Part shown: piece by piece, positions 47,064 to 64,000 of the stretch
How positions within the stretch are numbered: the first letter of the stretch is position 1
How the letters are laid out: each line of letters opens with the position of its first letter
Assembly (NCBI GenBank): GCA_963693365.1
Contig: CAVNZM010000008.1
Coordinates: 10,565,172 to 10,629,171, forward strand
Reading direction: 5' to 3'
DNA length: 64,000 nucleotides
Origin: Amoebidium appalachense
Lineage: Eukaryota > Protista > Ichthyosporea
Notes under the pieces: model-generated
The model's input: only the letters and a program-made list of their open reading frames with translations
Database searches by the model: none
Told to the model about the DNA's origin: nothing
Position numbers and translations under genes: made by a program

Positions 47064-48838
47064 ATGCGTACTTACAAGGAAATCGATTCTGATGCGCGCG
47101 ATTCGCCCCGTGGGGATTCAGCCGAACAGGTGGGATCTACTCTGAGTTCCGACTTGGAAGAGGGTTCTGGACATCGTTCGTGCGAAACCACCCCTCTTCT
47201 TGTCGACACGCTCTCACCGGATCACGACACATTCTGCTACCATGTTTGTTACTGGCTGGCAAAGGTCAAGGGGATCTACAAGAGGTGAGTCTTCATGTCT
47301 CCCTGTCAGATTTGCATTCTATTGGTGTGGTTCGTGTGGCCAACAGTGTAGTTTTTCTCTGACCTGTTATAGTAAATTTTTTTGAGTGCAGCCGCATGCT
47401 GCTGATAATTTTGGTGTTCTGCCTCCGAGTCAGCCTGTGCTTCTACTTCTTTTTTTTCTTCTTTCTTTGACGACGTACAGCACTATTCTAGCCGCACCCC
47501 TTTTCTCCTGCCCGCTCGCCTGCAAGTGATTTTTGACCTGCTTCCATTTGCTTCGTGCTGCTCTTGCTGGGAGGCATGATTCCTACCTGGCGCTTTTCAG
47601 AGCCTTATAAGCTATTGTAGGCTCTTGTGCTGTGGTGCCCGTTGAACAAACATTTAACTTCATTTCACAGGGCCCTCACTCCCAGTGGTGAACCAAATGT
47701 CTTGCCTGCCCCCCAGCCCATCCTTCACCGCTACCAATCACGGGGCGTTCGCACTGCATACCTCCACATTGAAGTGCGCCAGATGCTATTTGCTGCCTTC
47801 TTCATGGGCGTGACCGTGATCATGTTCTCGGTGCTTTATCTTCACGCCTACGCCGCGCGCACAGATTTGGGCACGCCATACCGTGTTGATTGTGGTGATG
47901 GGGTGACTACGCTGTTTGGTCGCACGAATCACATGATGGGCGAAGTTGACAAGCGTTTCGACTGGCGTAGGGAATCGCCTGAGTTTCCAGACCACATTGC
48001 CTCCAACTGGACTCCGGTGAGGTGCCCGGGCTTTTGCCCTTGGCGGGTCAATCGGAACTTTTCGGCAATTCACAGTTTTGGGGAGAGTGCAAAGCATCCG
48101 CCCTGCGAGGATTGCAACAACACGTATGGTATCGGAACAGCAATGTGCTTGGCAGCGGTACACAGCGAGATGGTGGGAAAGTACACGGGCGGATGTGTGT
48201 CTGTGCGCGTTGTTCCTATTGTGCACAAAAACAACACGAACGCACAAACAAAACTGGCGAAGAATTACACCGTCGAGTATAGAGCATGCACTCGACGAGA
48301 TCACTGTCAGGATCGAACGCTTCTGGTTCTGAGTGTGACCATTCTCTCGGTTCTGGTGTGCCTTCTCCTTTCCCCTCCGCGTTGGCTCTTTTTCGGCGTG
48401 ACGATGGTGTTAGGATACTGGTACGTTGTTCTTGTCGGGGCGCCCACTTACACGGCGGTGGGGAGCAATCGCTTGGACGATGCGCTTGGCACGTTCCCCC
48501 TGTTTGTGCTTTGCACGTACGCGCTGCATAAGTTTCTGAAGCACGGGGCAGCGTGCAACCCCAAGACGGGCAAATACGTTCTGGACAATATGCTGCTTTT
48601 TGTGCTGCCTTTCTTCCTCATGGTGCACATGGATTTCGCTAAGGTACCCCCCCCCCCCCCCCCCCCCCCCCTCTCTTCCCCTCAAGCCTTGCTCTTTCCT
48701 CGTGGACTCTCTTTCATTTTCGTCCTCAAGGTTCTTCCCTGTGATCGATGAAATCGATGGTCATCTGTGCATGTATTTTTATTTTTTTTCTCCCTTTCTT
48801 TTCGGGCCCAGGGGAGGGGAGGGGAGGGGAGGGGGAGG

Positions 48839-48875
<37 letters not shown>

Positions 48876-49441
48876 CTTAAGTATCGGTGAAGGTGGGGAA
48901 ATTGGCTTTTTTGGGGGGGGGGGGAGAGGGGGGGGGGGGAAGGGGGGGGGGATTGTGTGTTTGTGTGTCTGTGTTAGGGGGGGGGGGGGGGGGGGGAAGA
49001 AGGGGTGTAGGACGTTTTACACCACCGCTGCCCACCTGCTAACGATCCTCACTGGATATGCAGCCGTTTCTTGACTTCACGATTTCGCCGCACGGCTTGA
49101 GCCACCTCTCTGCCGTACAAATCACCGTCCTACTGGCCTTGGCAATCACCATCATTGTAATCGTCATTGCACGGCTACGTTTTGTCTATCTTCAGGGTGT
49201 TCTCCCTACTTACCTTATTGGATATTCTGTCCTTTCTTCGTTCATTGCCACAACTACTGTTCTGGCTATGGCTACGAGCGGACTGAGTTTCCATTTTCAC
49301 CATTACCAGCTGGCGCTTGTTTTGCTTCCCCTCGTGAGGTTCCCTACGCGAATGTGTTTGTTCTACCAGGGGATTCTGTGCGGGTGTTTTGTGAATGGCG
49401 TGGCATGTTATGGGTTTGACTCTACTTGGGTTACGAATTAG
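47064..49441 (+). CDS. LCCL-domain multipass membrane protein, about 523 aa, 3 exons
   Basis: Exons 47064-47284, 47671-48643, 49064-49441 (1572 nt, phase-consistent; GCTAAC branch-like motif near 49038). LCCL-like VRCPGFC...YGIGTAMCLAAVHSEMVGKYTGGCVSV followed by TM helices with HFHHYQLALVLLP, as in the fungal LCCL membrane family. Confidence 0.8.
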
Positions 49442-49884
49442 GTGTGTGGTTACGCGGTGGGAATGTTGGTAAAATAGCAGTTTGAAACTTTGATTCTTGG
49501 TTGTTTTTTTGTTTTTTTTTTTCCGCAAGGTGGGTTTCTCGGATTGAGGCTGGCGATAGTAGGGGCAATATACAGACATTATGGGATATGATTACATACC
49601 TATTTATTCTCAAGAAACAGGCGCGCGCGCACACACACATGTTTGATTTTAGATTGCATTCTCGCGCGCACTCAGAGACGTCATCCCACATGTTCGAGTG
49701 CACTGACTGATCAGGCGTTGAGTTATGGGATTCTACTTATGAATGTCGCAAGGCTTTACGCTCTCCCTATTTCATGATCTTGCTTATTACTCATCATTGA
49801 AAATTGAATAACTTAGTAATGAAGGTTGACAATGTTTGTGTGCGAAGAGTTGCCCCCCCTCCCTGCCTCCCCCTGCCTCCCCCC

Positions 49885-49931
<47 letters not shown>

Positions 49932-50197
49932 AAAAAAATAAAAATAAAAATGTTGGCTGTTGCTGGTGAAGGTTTGATGTTATCGATTGGGTGTGTAGTT
50001 GACGAAGGATCCGAGGTTTTGTTCGTGTAGATACGCGTGTTTGTTTAGTACATAGCGACATATGTGTACATTCAGGTGATGTGTGTGTTTGCATGCCATA
50101 TTGCACTGTATATGTCTGGGTACATAGTGAGTCACGTTTTGATTGAAAATATGATATGTATGATGAAACAGATCAATAAACATGAAGGGTTCGGCCT

Positions 50198-50340
50198 GCT
50201 TCGTCGGTGTGCGCGCGCCGTGCGCAAGCATGTACAGATATATTCCAACCTTTTGTTTTGTTTTGTTGTTGCTTCGTCGGTGTGCTCGCGCCGTGCGCAA
50301 GCATGTACAGATATATTCCAACCTTTTTTTTTGTTTTATT
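50198..50340. repeat. Tandem duplication of about 73 bp
   Basis: GCTTCGTCGGTGTGC.CGCGCCGTGCGCAAGCATGTACAGATATATTCCAACCTTTT occurs at 50198 and 50271. Confidence 0.9.
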
Positions 50341-50731
50341 GTATATCGACCATGTACATATGTGCGATGGTATCATCGATGATGAGCGTACATGATGCAT
50401 ACTATGATTTACCTATGGTGTCGGGCCCTTGCTGTCGGGGGCCCTTGCGTACACATGTTTAAATGGGGATTGTGCTCAGAGGGTGTACATGTGGACAGGT
50501 GCCTTGCATGCGCAGTGCGCAGAAGTTTAGACGTGTAGTACAGTGTGTGGGTGTGTGTGCACGTGTGCGTGCGTGTGTGTGCATGTGTGCGTGTGTGCGT
50601 GCGTCCCATAGTACTTGTGTGTGCCTGCGTGCGTGTGTGTACATGTGCCTGCGTGTGTGCGTGCGGCGTGCATGCATGCATGCGATGTGCTCGTGCTCGA
50701 ACTTTGTGTTGTGTCTGTGGGGGGAGGGGGA

Positions 50732-50765
<34 letters not shown>

Positions 50766-51730
50766 ACCCCGGGGGAAAGGAGGCGAAAAAGAACCGCTAC
50801 CCCTCGATTTTAGTAGGTGGTCCCCCTGTGGCCACCACCCAGCCGAGGGGCCTGTGGGCTCCCATACACGTACGGCCATCCACCTCTCCAGCTGCCATAT
50901 GACACACAGTAGCCCCTTGTGCATTGATACACCTCTAAGCGTAGCGAAGTCAAATTCTGGTGTCTTCTAGCCTTTTGGATAGTTCGGGAGTGTCTACCGA
51001 GGCTTGCCCGGGGGGAAAGATAAAAGCGGGTTAGGGTGGATGGGTGCAAGTGGGTTGTTTTTTGGAGAGGGGAGCAAGGGGGGGTGGGAGAGGGGGGAGG
51101 GGGGGGGGGGTGTGACTTATTAGAATTTCCTGGGTGCACATGTACATTTGCAACAAAAGCATGTGCTGCAGATAATACCTCCTGAAAACAGACGAGCAGA
51201 ACTTAATGTGGTTAGTTTTCCCATACATGTGGAAAACACTTAGCCTACTTATCGTGTGTGAATTTGCCACATATCAGCCTTAGAGAGAGTGTGTGAGTGT
51301 GGGCTGACCAAGCGAGTGCGACAAGTGTTGCATGTTGTGTCACTGAGCGTATATACGTTTTTGTGTGCGCGCGCGTACGCGTGTGTGTGTGGGTATTTGT
51401 GTGTGTGTGTGTGTGTGTGTTTGGGGGGGCCCGGGGGGGGGGGGAGGGGGGAGGGGGGAGGAGGGCCACAGGGGGGAGGGGGGAACCTCGCGGGGAGGGC
51501 GGGGGGGGGGGGGGGGGGGGGGTGGGGAGGCTGGGTGGAAGCGTGGGAGGGGAGGGTTACCGAAAGCCGAACCCTACTGTAACAGCCCAGGAACCATAAC
51601 ATATCTAGACACTATCCCTAATTCATCTGTTATCTCCTTAGTGGAATCACTGAATGCCCTTATGATCAGACAGGGTCCCCCCGGACAGGCTAAATTCGAA
51701 GCGTACACACAACTTACATCGTACACCGTG

Positions 51731-51822
<92 letters not shown>

Positions 51823-52174
51823 TAGTCATTAATTAGTGCTTTTGCATGATACCTACTAGTTATAGCTAATAAGTACACCGTGAAATTGTGAGGCACAAAC
51901 ACCCGGGTGCACCGTGACAGCACAAGCACCTGCTCGCACATGAACGCACATACATGCATGCATGCGGGTACACCCAAGATCAGACCGTGGCTCTGGAATC
52001 ATTGCACGTACATGTGCACACATCTACTGGTTGCAAACTCCAATTGTCTTACTCACTCTCACTAGTACACAGACAGCCAGGGGATTAAAAGAGAATCGCA
52101 CAACCTTGCGCATGCATGCACACGCCGTGACGTGCACACACGTACACACACACACACACATGGCGTTGCAGAGA

Positions 52175-52627
52175 AGGGTTAAACCACCCCAGCAGCCTCA
52201 AATTTCTCCGAGCCGAATTATTCTGCCAAAACAGAAGCATTCTGCTCTGCCAGACTCATTCTGCCAGAAAGCACTAAACATAACTTATTCTGCTCCGAGC
52301 AGAATTATTTACTAGAAGCAGAATTATTCTGCTCCTAGAAGAATTAGCAGAATTATTCTGCAAAAAGCCAGAGCTATTTTCTGCTCGAGGCAGCAGAATA
52401 AACTTGCTCTAAAGCAGCCTGTAATAATTCTGCTTCAAACTGTCAGAACAGGTCTACTCGAAGCAAAATAAGTTAGCATTTTACGGAACATGTTCTCTGC
52501 TTCGGGAGCAGAATAATTCTGCTTTTAGTTGCTAAACAATTCTGCTGCAAAGGTTTACAGAATACTTCTGCGTTTGATGAATAATTCTGCTAGAAGGAAG
52601 TTGATTCTGATGATGTGGTTAAGCCCT
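52175..52627. mobile_element. Candidate MITE/foldback element with terminal inverted repeats and internal GCAGAATWATTCTGC palindromic repeats
   Basis: Ends AGGGTTAAACCAC (52175-52187) and GTGGTTAAGCCCT (52615-52627) are inverted, 11/13 matching. GCAGAATTATTCTGC at 52318 and 52347, its reverse complement GCAGAATAATTCTGC at 52508, plus many partial copies. No clear TSD. Confidence 0.6.
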
Positions 52628-53076
52628 CACAGATGGTGGCACATTGACACGCAAGCACAATTTGGCACACAGTCTTACGGACGGACACTTGCCGAGTCAT
52701 GATGCTCAATAACACGGTGTATACAAGGCGCACACACAGCCACGCACATACGTAAAACACACACTTTCGAATTTCCTCGCCGAGACTCCTTTTCTCTCCC
52801 ATTCCTCTTGTCCCTCTCCCTTCCCCCCTCCCCCCCCCCCCGTCCCCCCCCCCCCCCCCCCTCCCTTCCCTCCCCTTCCCCCGAAATTGCTCTATGGCGC
52901 ATTCCCGTGCACTTATGCATCGCTAACTGTTGATGCACACGTACAGGCACGCACAGACACATACGCATGTAGCACACGCGTGTGCAGGATATTCGCTAGG
53001 TACACCGGCCACGGTACCACAACATACACAATTTAATTACACTGTGGCAAATACACATACACGCACGCACAGACAC

Positions 53077-53142
<66 letters not shown>

Positions 53143-53246
53143 GCACACACACACACACACACACACATGATGCACGCACACACGCACGCACGCACGCACA
53201 CACACGTACACAAACACACACACACACACACGCACGCACGCACTCA

Positions 53247-53281
<35 letters not shown>

Positions 53282-54332
53282 CACACGCGCACATACACAC
53301 ACGCGCACATACACACATACACAAACACACACACGCACACAGGCGGCAAGGTGGAACCGCACACATTGCTGCTTTTGTTCAAACCATAAACGTTCACATG
53401 CACACGTGCGCATTATCAAGTCCCGATGGTACGTGGCGGCAACCTGCAGCACACGTGCACGAACATTCGTGGTGCTTTTGCTACTTGGGAAGTGGAGTGG
53501 GGGTCAAGCAGGTGATGTCCCTTCTAGGACTCTATGGGGGGATACCAACAGGGAAAACGATCATCCCCCCCCCCCTCCCCCCCCTCCCCCCCCCCCCGGG
53601 GGGCTCCTTCCCTTCCTCCCCCCCCTTCCCCTCTTCCCCTCCCCCCCCCCCCCCCCCCCCGCCCCCTCTCTCCCCTCCCGGCCTCCTCTGAATTCCAGCA
53701 TATTCTAATTAAAGCATGCACGTATATCCATGCAGTGGCAAATAAATGAGTGTACATTCGCTGAAAAATCAGTTAGGGATATATGGAACAAAACACATGG
53801 GCCTTGGCACCTTCGTTTTAGCATCTAACATTACATTTAGTCTCATGACGTTCTCTTAGCAACATGCCTGGCCCTTTTGTGGTTAACCTTTATCATTATC
53901 TGTGCGCATGCCTCTTTTCTCCGGTTTTTCTTTTTCTTTCTTTTTTTTTTTTCTTTAGGGGGGGGGGGGGGGGGGGGGGGGGATGTGAGGGGGGAGGTGG
54001 GGCACAGGAAGTCATGGAGGGGCGTTAGCCACGACATCCCCTCCCAGGCCTCCGGGCGGAAAACCGACGCCCGAGCACGTGCTTGTCCGTCCGTCCGTCC
54101 GATCTTCGTACCCGGCAGATTGATTGAAGCACACCGATCGGATTACGCCGTGTTTCCGATGAAATCGGATTGCTTTTCTTTTTCCCCGTGGCCCGGGCCA
54201 GAGTATGCTGACTGTGGCAATGATATTAAATTATTGTCATATGATACGCACAAGTACACACTCACATATGCATTGTCACGATGTCACAATGTCACACACA
54301 CAGCATACACACACACACACACACACACACGT

Positions 54333-54368
<36 letters not shown>

Positions 54369-54592
54369 CACACACAAACACACACGTGCGCGCACACACG
54401 TACACACACAATGTCATGTACACACACACCTGTACACACACCGCGCATAATTACAAGCATATGTACCATAATGGTACACACAGGCAGATACACACAATCA
54501 GTGCGCGTCATAGATACACACACAAAATACGGCACAAACACACACACACACACATGGTGACACACACACACACGTGCACACACACATAGTGT

Positions 54593-54665
<73 letters not shown>

Positions 54666-54856
54666 GGGTGCGCGCGCGAACATACATGCACACACATACA
54701 CGCTGCACACACGTGCACACAGCTCGTGCACACACACAACACGCTGTGGCACACACACACACACACAGATACACAGACACACACATATACACACACACAC
54801 ACGCACACGCACACACACACACGCAACCATGGCACCGCACGGGTTGCCCGGCTCAG

Positions 54857-54910
<54 letters not shown>

Positions 54911-55323
54911 TCCCCAAGTCACTCCTATGTCCTGCCTGATGGCTTGACTTGACTTGGGCCAAGCAATGAGGTTCATGACTTCAAGTCGCGACTTGTCGTC
55001 AAGTCGCCACACCCCTCACATCTGATTGGACAAAACACGATCCGATGACGTATGTAGAGGGTCGGACTCAGTCGGACTCTGAGGAGGTAAAAATATTCAC
55101 ACACCTCATTGGCCCAACGTTTTGTAAATTATACTATAAGAAAAAGGGGGCATTGTCCGGTGAACATCTGTGCTTGCACACACCTGTTTCCCGGAAGGCG
55201 TAGCTTTTGTTTTTGGCAAAAGCATGGCGGGGCAGGCCGAGGCGAGTCATTGACAAAAGCGACGGTTTAGGTGCCTCGGCCTCCCGAGCCAGCCACATAG
55301 ATTATTGGACCTACGGCCACTAT

Positions 55324-61004
<5,681 letters not shown>

Positions 61005-61319
61005 CTGTTGTGGCTACGAATTGGGGTGGTTGACACGGTGACGGATTGGATGTGAGGAGCGGCTATGAGTAAAGGGTTGGGATTCAGTGTGTGTGTACAC
61101 GTGTGCGTGTGTCTGTGTGTGTGTGCGTGAGCGCGGATGGATAGATGGATATATCGGAGGAGGGATATCTCGGGATTGACCTAATGCTACTATTTAGGAA
61201 ATTTCAGTGTAGTTTTGTAATTTCGCCACTAGGCCTAAGTTATCCGGATATTTCACTTTCTAGTTCCTCCAAGTTTCTGGTTTTTTTTTTTTTTTTTTTT
61301 TTGGGGGGGGGGGGGGGGG

Positions 61320-61588
61320 TTTGAATGCGTCAAAAAGTACGAAGTACACAAGAACAAACGGATAACACGATGCAGAATGCAAGCCATACATAAAGAGTAT
61401 GCATAATAAGCAGAGCCCATCCTCAGGGGGGGCCCACGTCATCCACAGTACCCGAGTTTCGACCTATTCACCTCGTTAACGAAACCCAACTCAGATACTG
61501 TTTCACTTGAATATGGGTGGGTCACCCGTCTTTATCAGAGACGAGCAGGGTTGCTTATGCAGGCAAGGGCAGTGGGAAAGGCCGGGGG
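61320..61588 (-). mobile_element. Repeat family A, head plus one unit (inverted relative to 59873-60140)
   Basis: The reverse complement is nearly identical to 59873-60140 over about 270 bp. Confidence 0.8.
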
Positions 61589-61678
61589 TTAAAATTGCAG
61601 CGGTAAGCAGAAGCAAGAAAAATATAGATAGGAACTCAGGAGACGGGGCTTCTAGGAAGCTCCGCCGGCGCTACCTAA

Positions 61679-61714
<36 letters not shown>

Positions 61715-61790
61715 GGAGGAGGAGGGGTTGGGTTGCCACACATACCACACACATCCACACACAGAGTCTCGTATGCTCGCGCTCACACAT

Positions 61791-61822
<32 letters not shown>

Positions 61823-62008
61823 GCACACACACACACACACGAGTGTACATAGTAGTATTACACACACCCGCAGGCTGGCTCTCTCTCCAGGACCTCTATT
61901 TACCGTTCAGATCGATATAGTAAGGAAAATTTTTTCTCTGTCCTCTTGGTTCGTAATTTTTTGGTTTTCTTTCGAATTGGTTGTGGTGGTTAGGGCGAAG
62001 GAAAAGGA

Positions 62009-62050
<42 letters not shown>

Positions 62051-63499
62051 GGGGCAAGGGGGAGGGGGGGGGGGGGGGGATGAAAAGGCTAGTGGGATAT
62101 CGAATTATCACTGTGAACCATAAATCTAAGCCCCTTGAAAACAACACCGCGCGCATGCACGAAGACCAGGATGGGTAAACGTAAATTGACATGCCACAAA
62201 GACAACCTGCAATAAACAGAGCATGTTTTTTGTTCAATCCGAGGCATCGATCTCCAATACTATGAGGCATCATTTCAAGTTGTTATCCAGTCAGACAAAC
62301 ATGCACATTGACAGGGGACTTTTGTATCATACTGTAAAGACACCGCGAGTCGACAATGTGTGTCCGGGTGGTGGTGGTGATGGTGGGGTGTTTATGTGGT
62401 GTGTGTGTGGAGGGGGGAAGGGGGGAAATAGGGGTTCAATTTGGGGTTTGGTGCATAAAGAAAGGCCCCCTAGATCAATTGAATGAATCACTCCGGGTCT
62501 AAGATAAAATGAGCCATGGGGGGCCCAAGTGATCTTTGGTGCGTAGCTATAAGTGTTGGTTGGTTGGTTGGGTGGGGGGCGGGGGTGCAACCGTTGTTAT
62601 AAGGCCTGCCTGCGTCTGAATGATTGATGAGCCTCAGGGGCAAATGCCTTGTGTACTTGACAGATACGTGTGAGGAGAAAAAAATGTGTAAGCAAAAGTG
62701 CAAAACACGTTCTGACGCCCAAAAAATACCGTGAAACCACAAAACGTTTTTTGAAATCACACTACAACTTGCTACACGACACCTCAACGAAGAGCACAAC
62801 ACAATATACCAATGCAGTATGGGCAGAGCCCGTTCTTCACGTGTGTTCCACAAACCGCAGGGGAGGAAGAGAGGAATCTGCACGCAGCCGGGGGGGGGGG
62901 GGGGGGATGATGCGAGACAGTTATGAAGCACACACACGACGGATAACATCATGCATATTGCAGAACACTGGGGATGTTTAGGACAGTGCAGCACCTGATA
63001 TTCAGAGGTTTGTGTGGTTGGAAAGGTCTGGGGGACAGCCGCCAGGTCTCGGCAGGCAAGTGAACTTTATCAAGAATACAGCCTGGCTCCCAGAGCACAC
63101 TTACGGCCCATACACAGCCCTTTCAGCAATATTCTTACACCCACTAGTAGCCCTGTCCCGTACCGGCCATAGTGGTCTTGCAAAAAACTGGACACACACA
63201 CACACACACACAGAAACACACCCTACATATTGCGGTGGATGATCTTATTCCCTTTCGTTGTCACTAACGTTACACCTTCGCACAACATGTGGTAGCATCA
63301 TATCAAATCGACAGATCGGTCGGTCCTAAAATAGTTTTAAGTGATTTGGAACAGCCGTGGTCATACTTGAGAGAGAGGTACATACAACATTTGCAAGGGA
63401 CAAATCAACACCCGATTCATACATGTAAATGATAACTGGGTCTGAGATGTCATCTGCACCTGGAGCCAAGCAGGCTGACACTGCTTTTGAACGGAACGT

Positions 63500-63621
63500 C
63501 TATTGTTGGTTGCGCATGGCATCAAGACGGTTGACAATGAAGAAGGTGGTGTCCAAGAAACGCTCGACACAGTTGGTCAAGCATGCCTGTTCCTTGTTGG
63601 ACAGAGAGTTGCCCGGGGTGC
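63500..63621 (-). CDS. TIM8: Mitochondrial intermembrane small TIM chaperone Tim8 (Tim10/DDP family), last exon
   Basis: CTGCAG| acceptor, then TPGNSLSNKEQACLTNCVERFLDTTFFIVNRLDAMRNQQ-stop. This is the second CX3C motif, with CVERF.DT typical of Tim8. No first CX3C exon was found inside the window. Confidence 0.85.
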
Positions 63622-64000
63622 CTGCAGGCAACAGAATCAGCACCGACGCAATCAAACTCAAGGTACCTTCACCATTAAGGGATGACACACAAAGTGCAAC
63701 TTGCTCGACCAAACTCTGATCCCGTGTCCAAAGCCCCCCCCCCCCCCCCCCAAAAAAAAACCCCCTTTCATCGCCTGCAACTCAAAGCCCACCTGCAGAG
63801 TTCCCACCTGCATTCTATAATAACACAAGGACAAGTCTGATGCACAGTGCATAGCATACACTTATGTACAGATGCTCACCGAGACTATGGGATCAACAAG
63901 ACAAATAGCAGCAATACCGGCAAGAGCCCTTTTCGACAGCCCTACCTCCCCCTCCTATCAAGTGGACATAATGACCAAGCCCCCCCCCCCCCCCCAACCA

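Noticed and set aside
52210-52590. Palindromic repeats with variable spacers as a CRISPR array
   Set aside because: Repeats are only about 15 bp, degenerate and irregularly spaced, and they switch orientation. A MITE fits better.

Overview
Eukaryotic nuclear DNA: intron-rich, with GT-AG introns packed with (CA)n/(GT)n, (CT)n and very long poly-C/poly-G tracts. Almost all ORFs in the supplied track are microsatellite artefacts. Splicing exons by hand gives nine protein-coding genes: a PQ-loop (PQLC2-like) transporter (partial, -), an unknown 554-aa protein (+), CIAO2B/MIP18 (-), a YEATS + DEK-C + ET chromatin protein (-), a 14-15-exon bHLH-PAS-PAS transcription factor with a CLOCK-like basic helix (+), an intronless CPA2 cation/H+ antiporter with an ACT-like domain (-), an LCCL-domain membrane protein (+), an F-box/LRR protein (+) and the last exon of Tim8 (-). 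The gene mix suggests an opisthokont, possibly a unicellular holozoan (inference only). Most notable: (1) a structured dispersed repeat family (about 160-bp hairpin-rich head plus about 111-bp units) whose every copy in a modelled intron is sense to its host gene; (2) the bHLH-PAS gene, with a duplicated alternative terminal exon that would remove the C-terminal tail and a promoter-like motif cluster in intron 5; (3) a duplicated first exon and promoter plus a GC-AG intron in CIAO2B; (4) unusual splice-site context, with C-runs just after donors and (CA)n instead of pyrimidine tracts before acceptors. All homology calls come from motif recognition; no database search was run.
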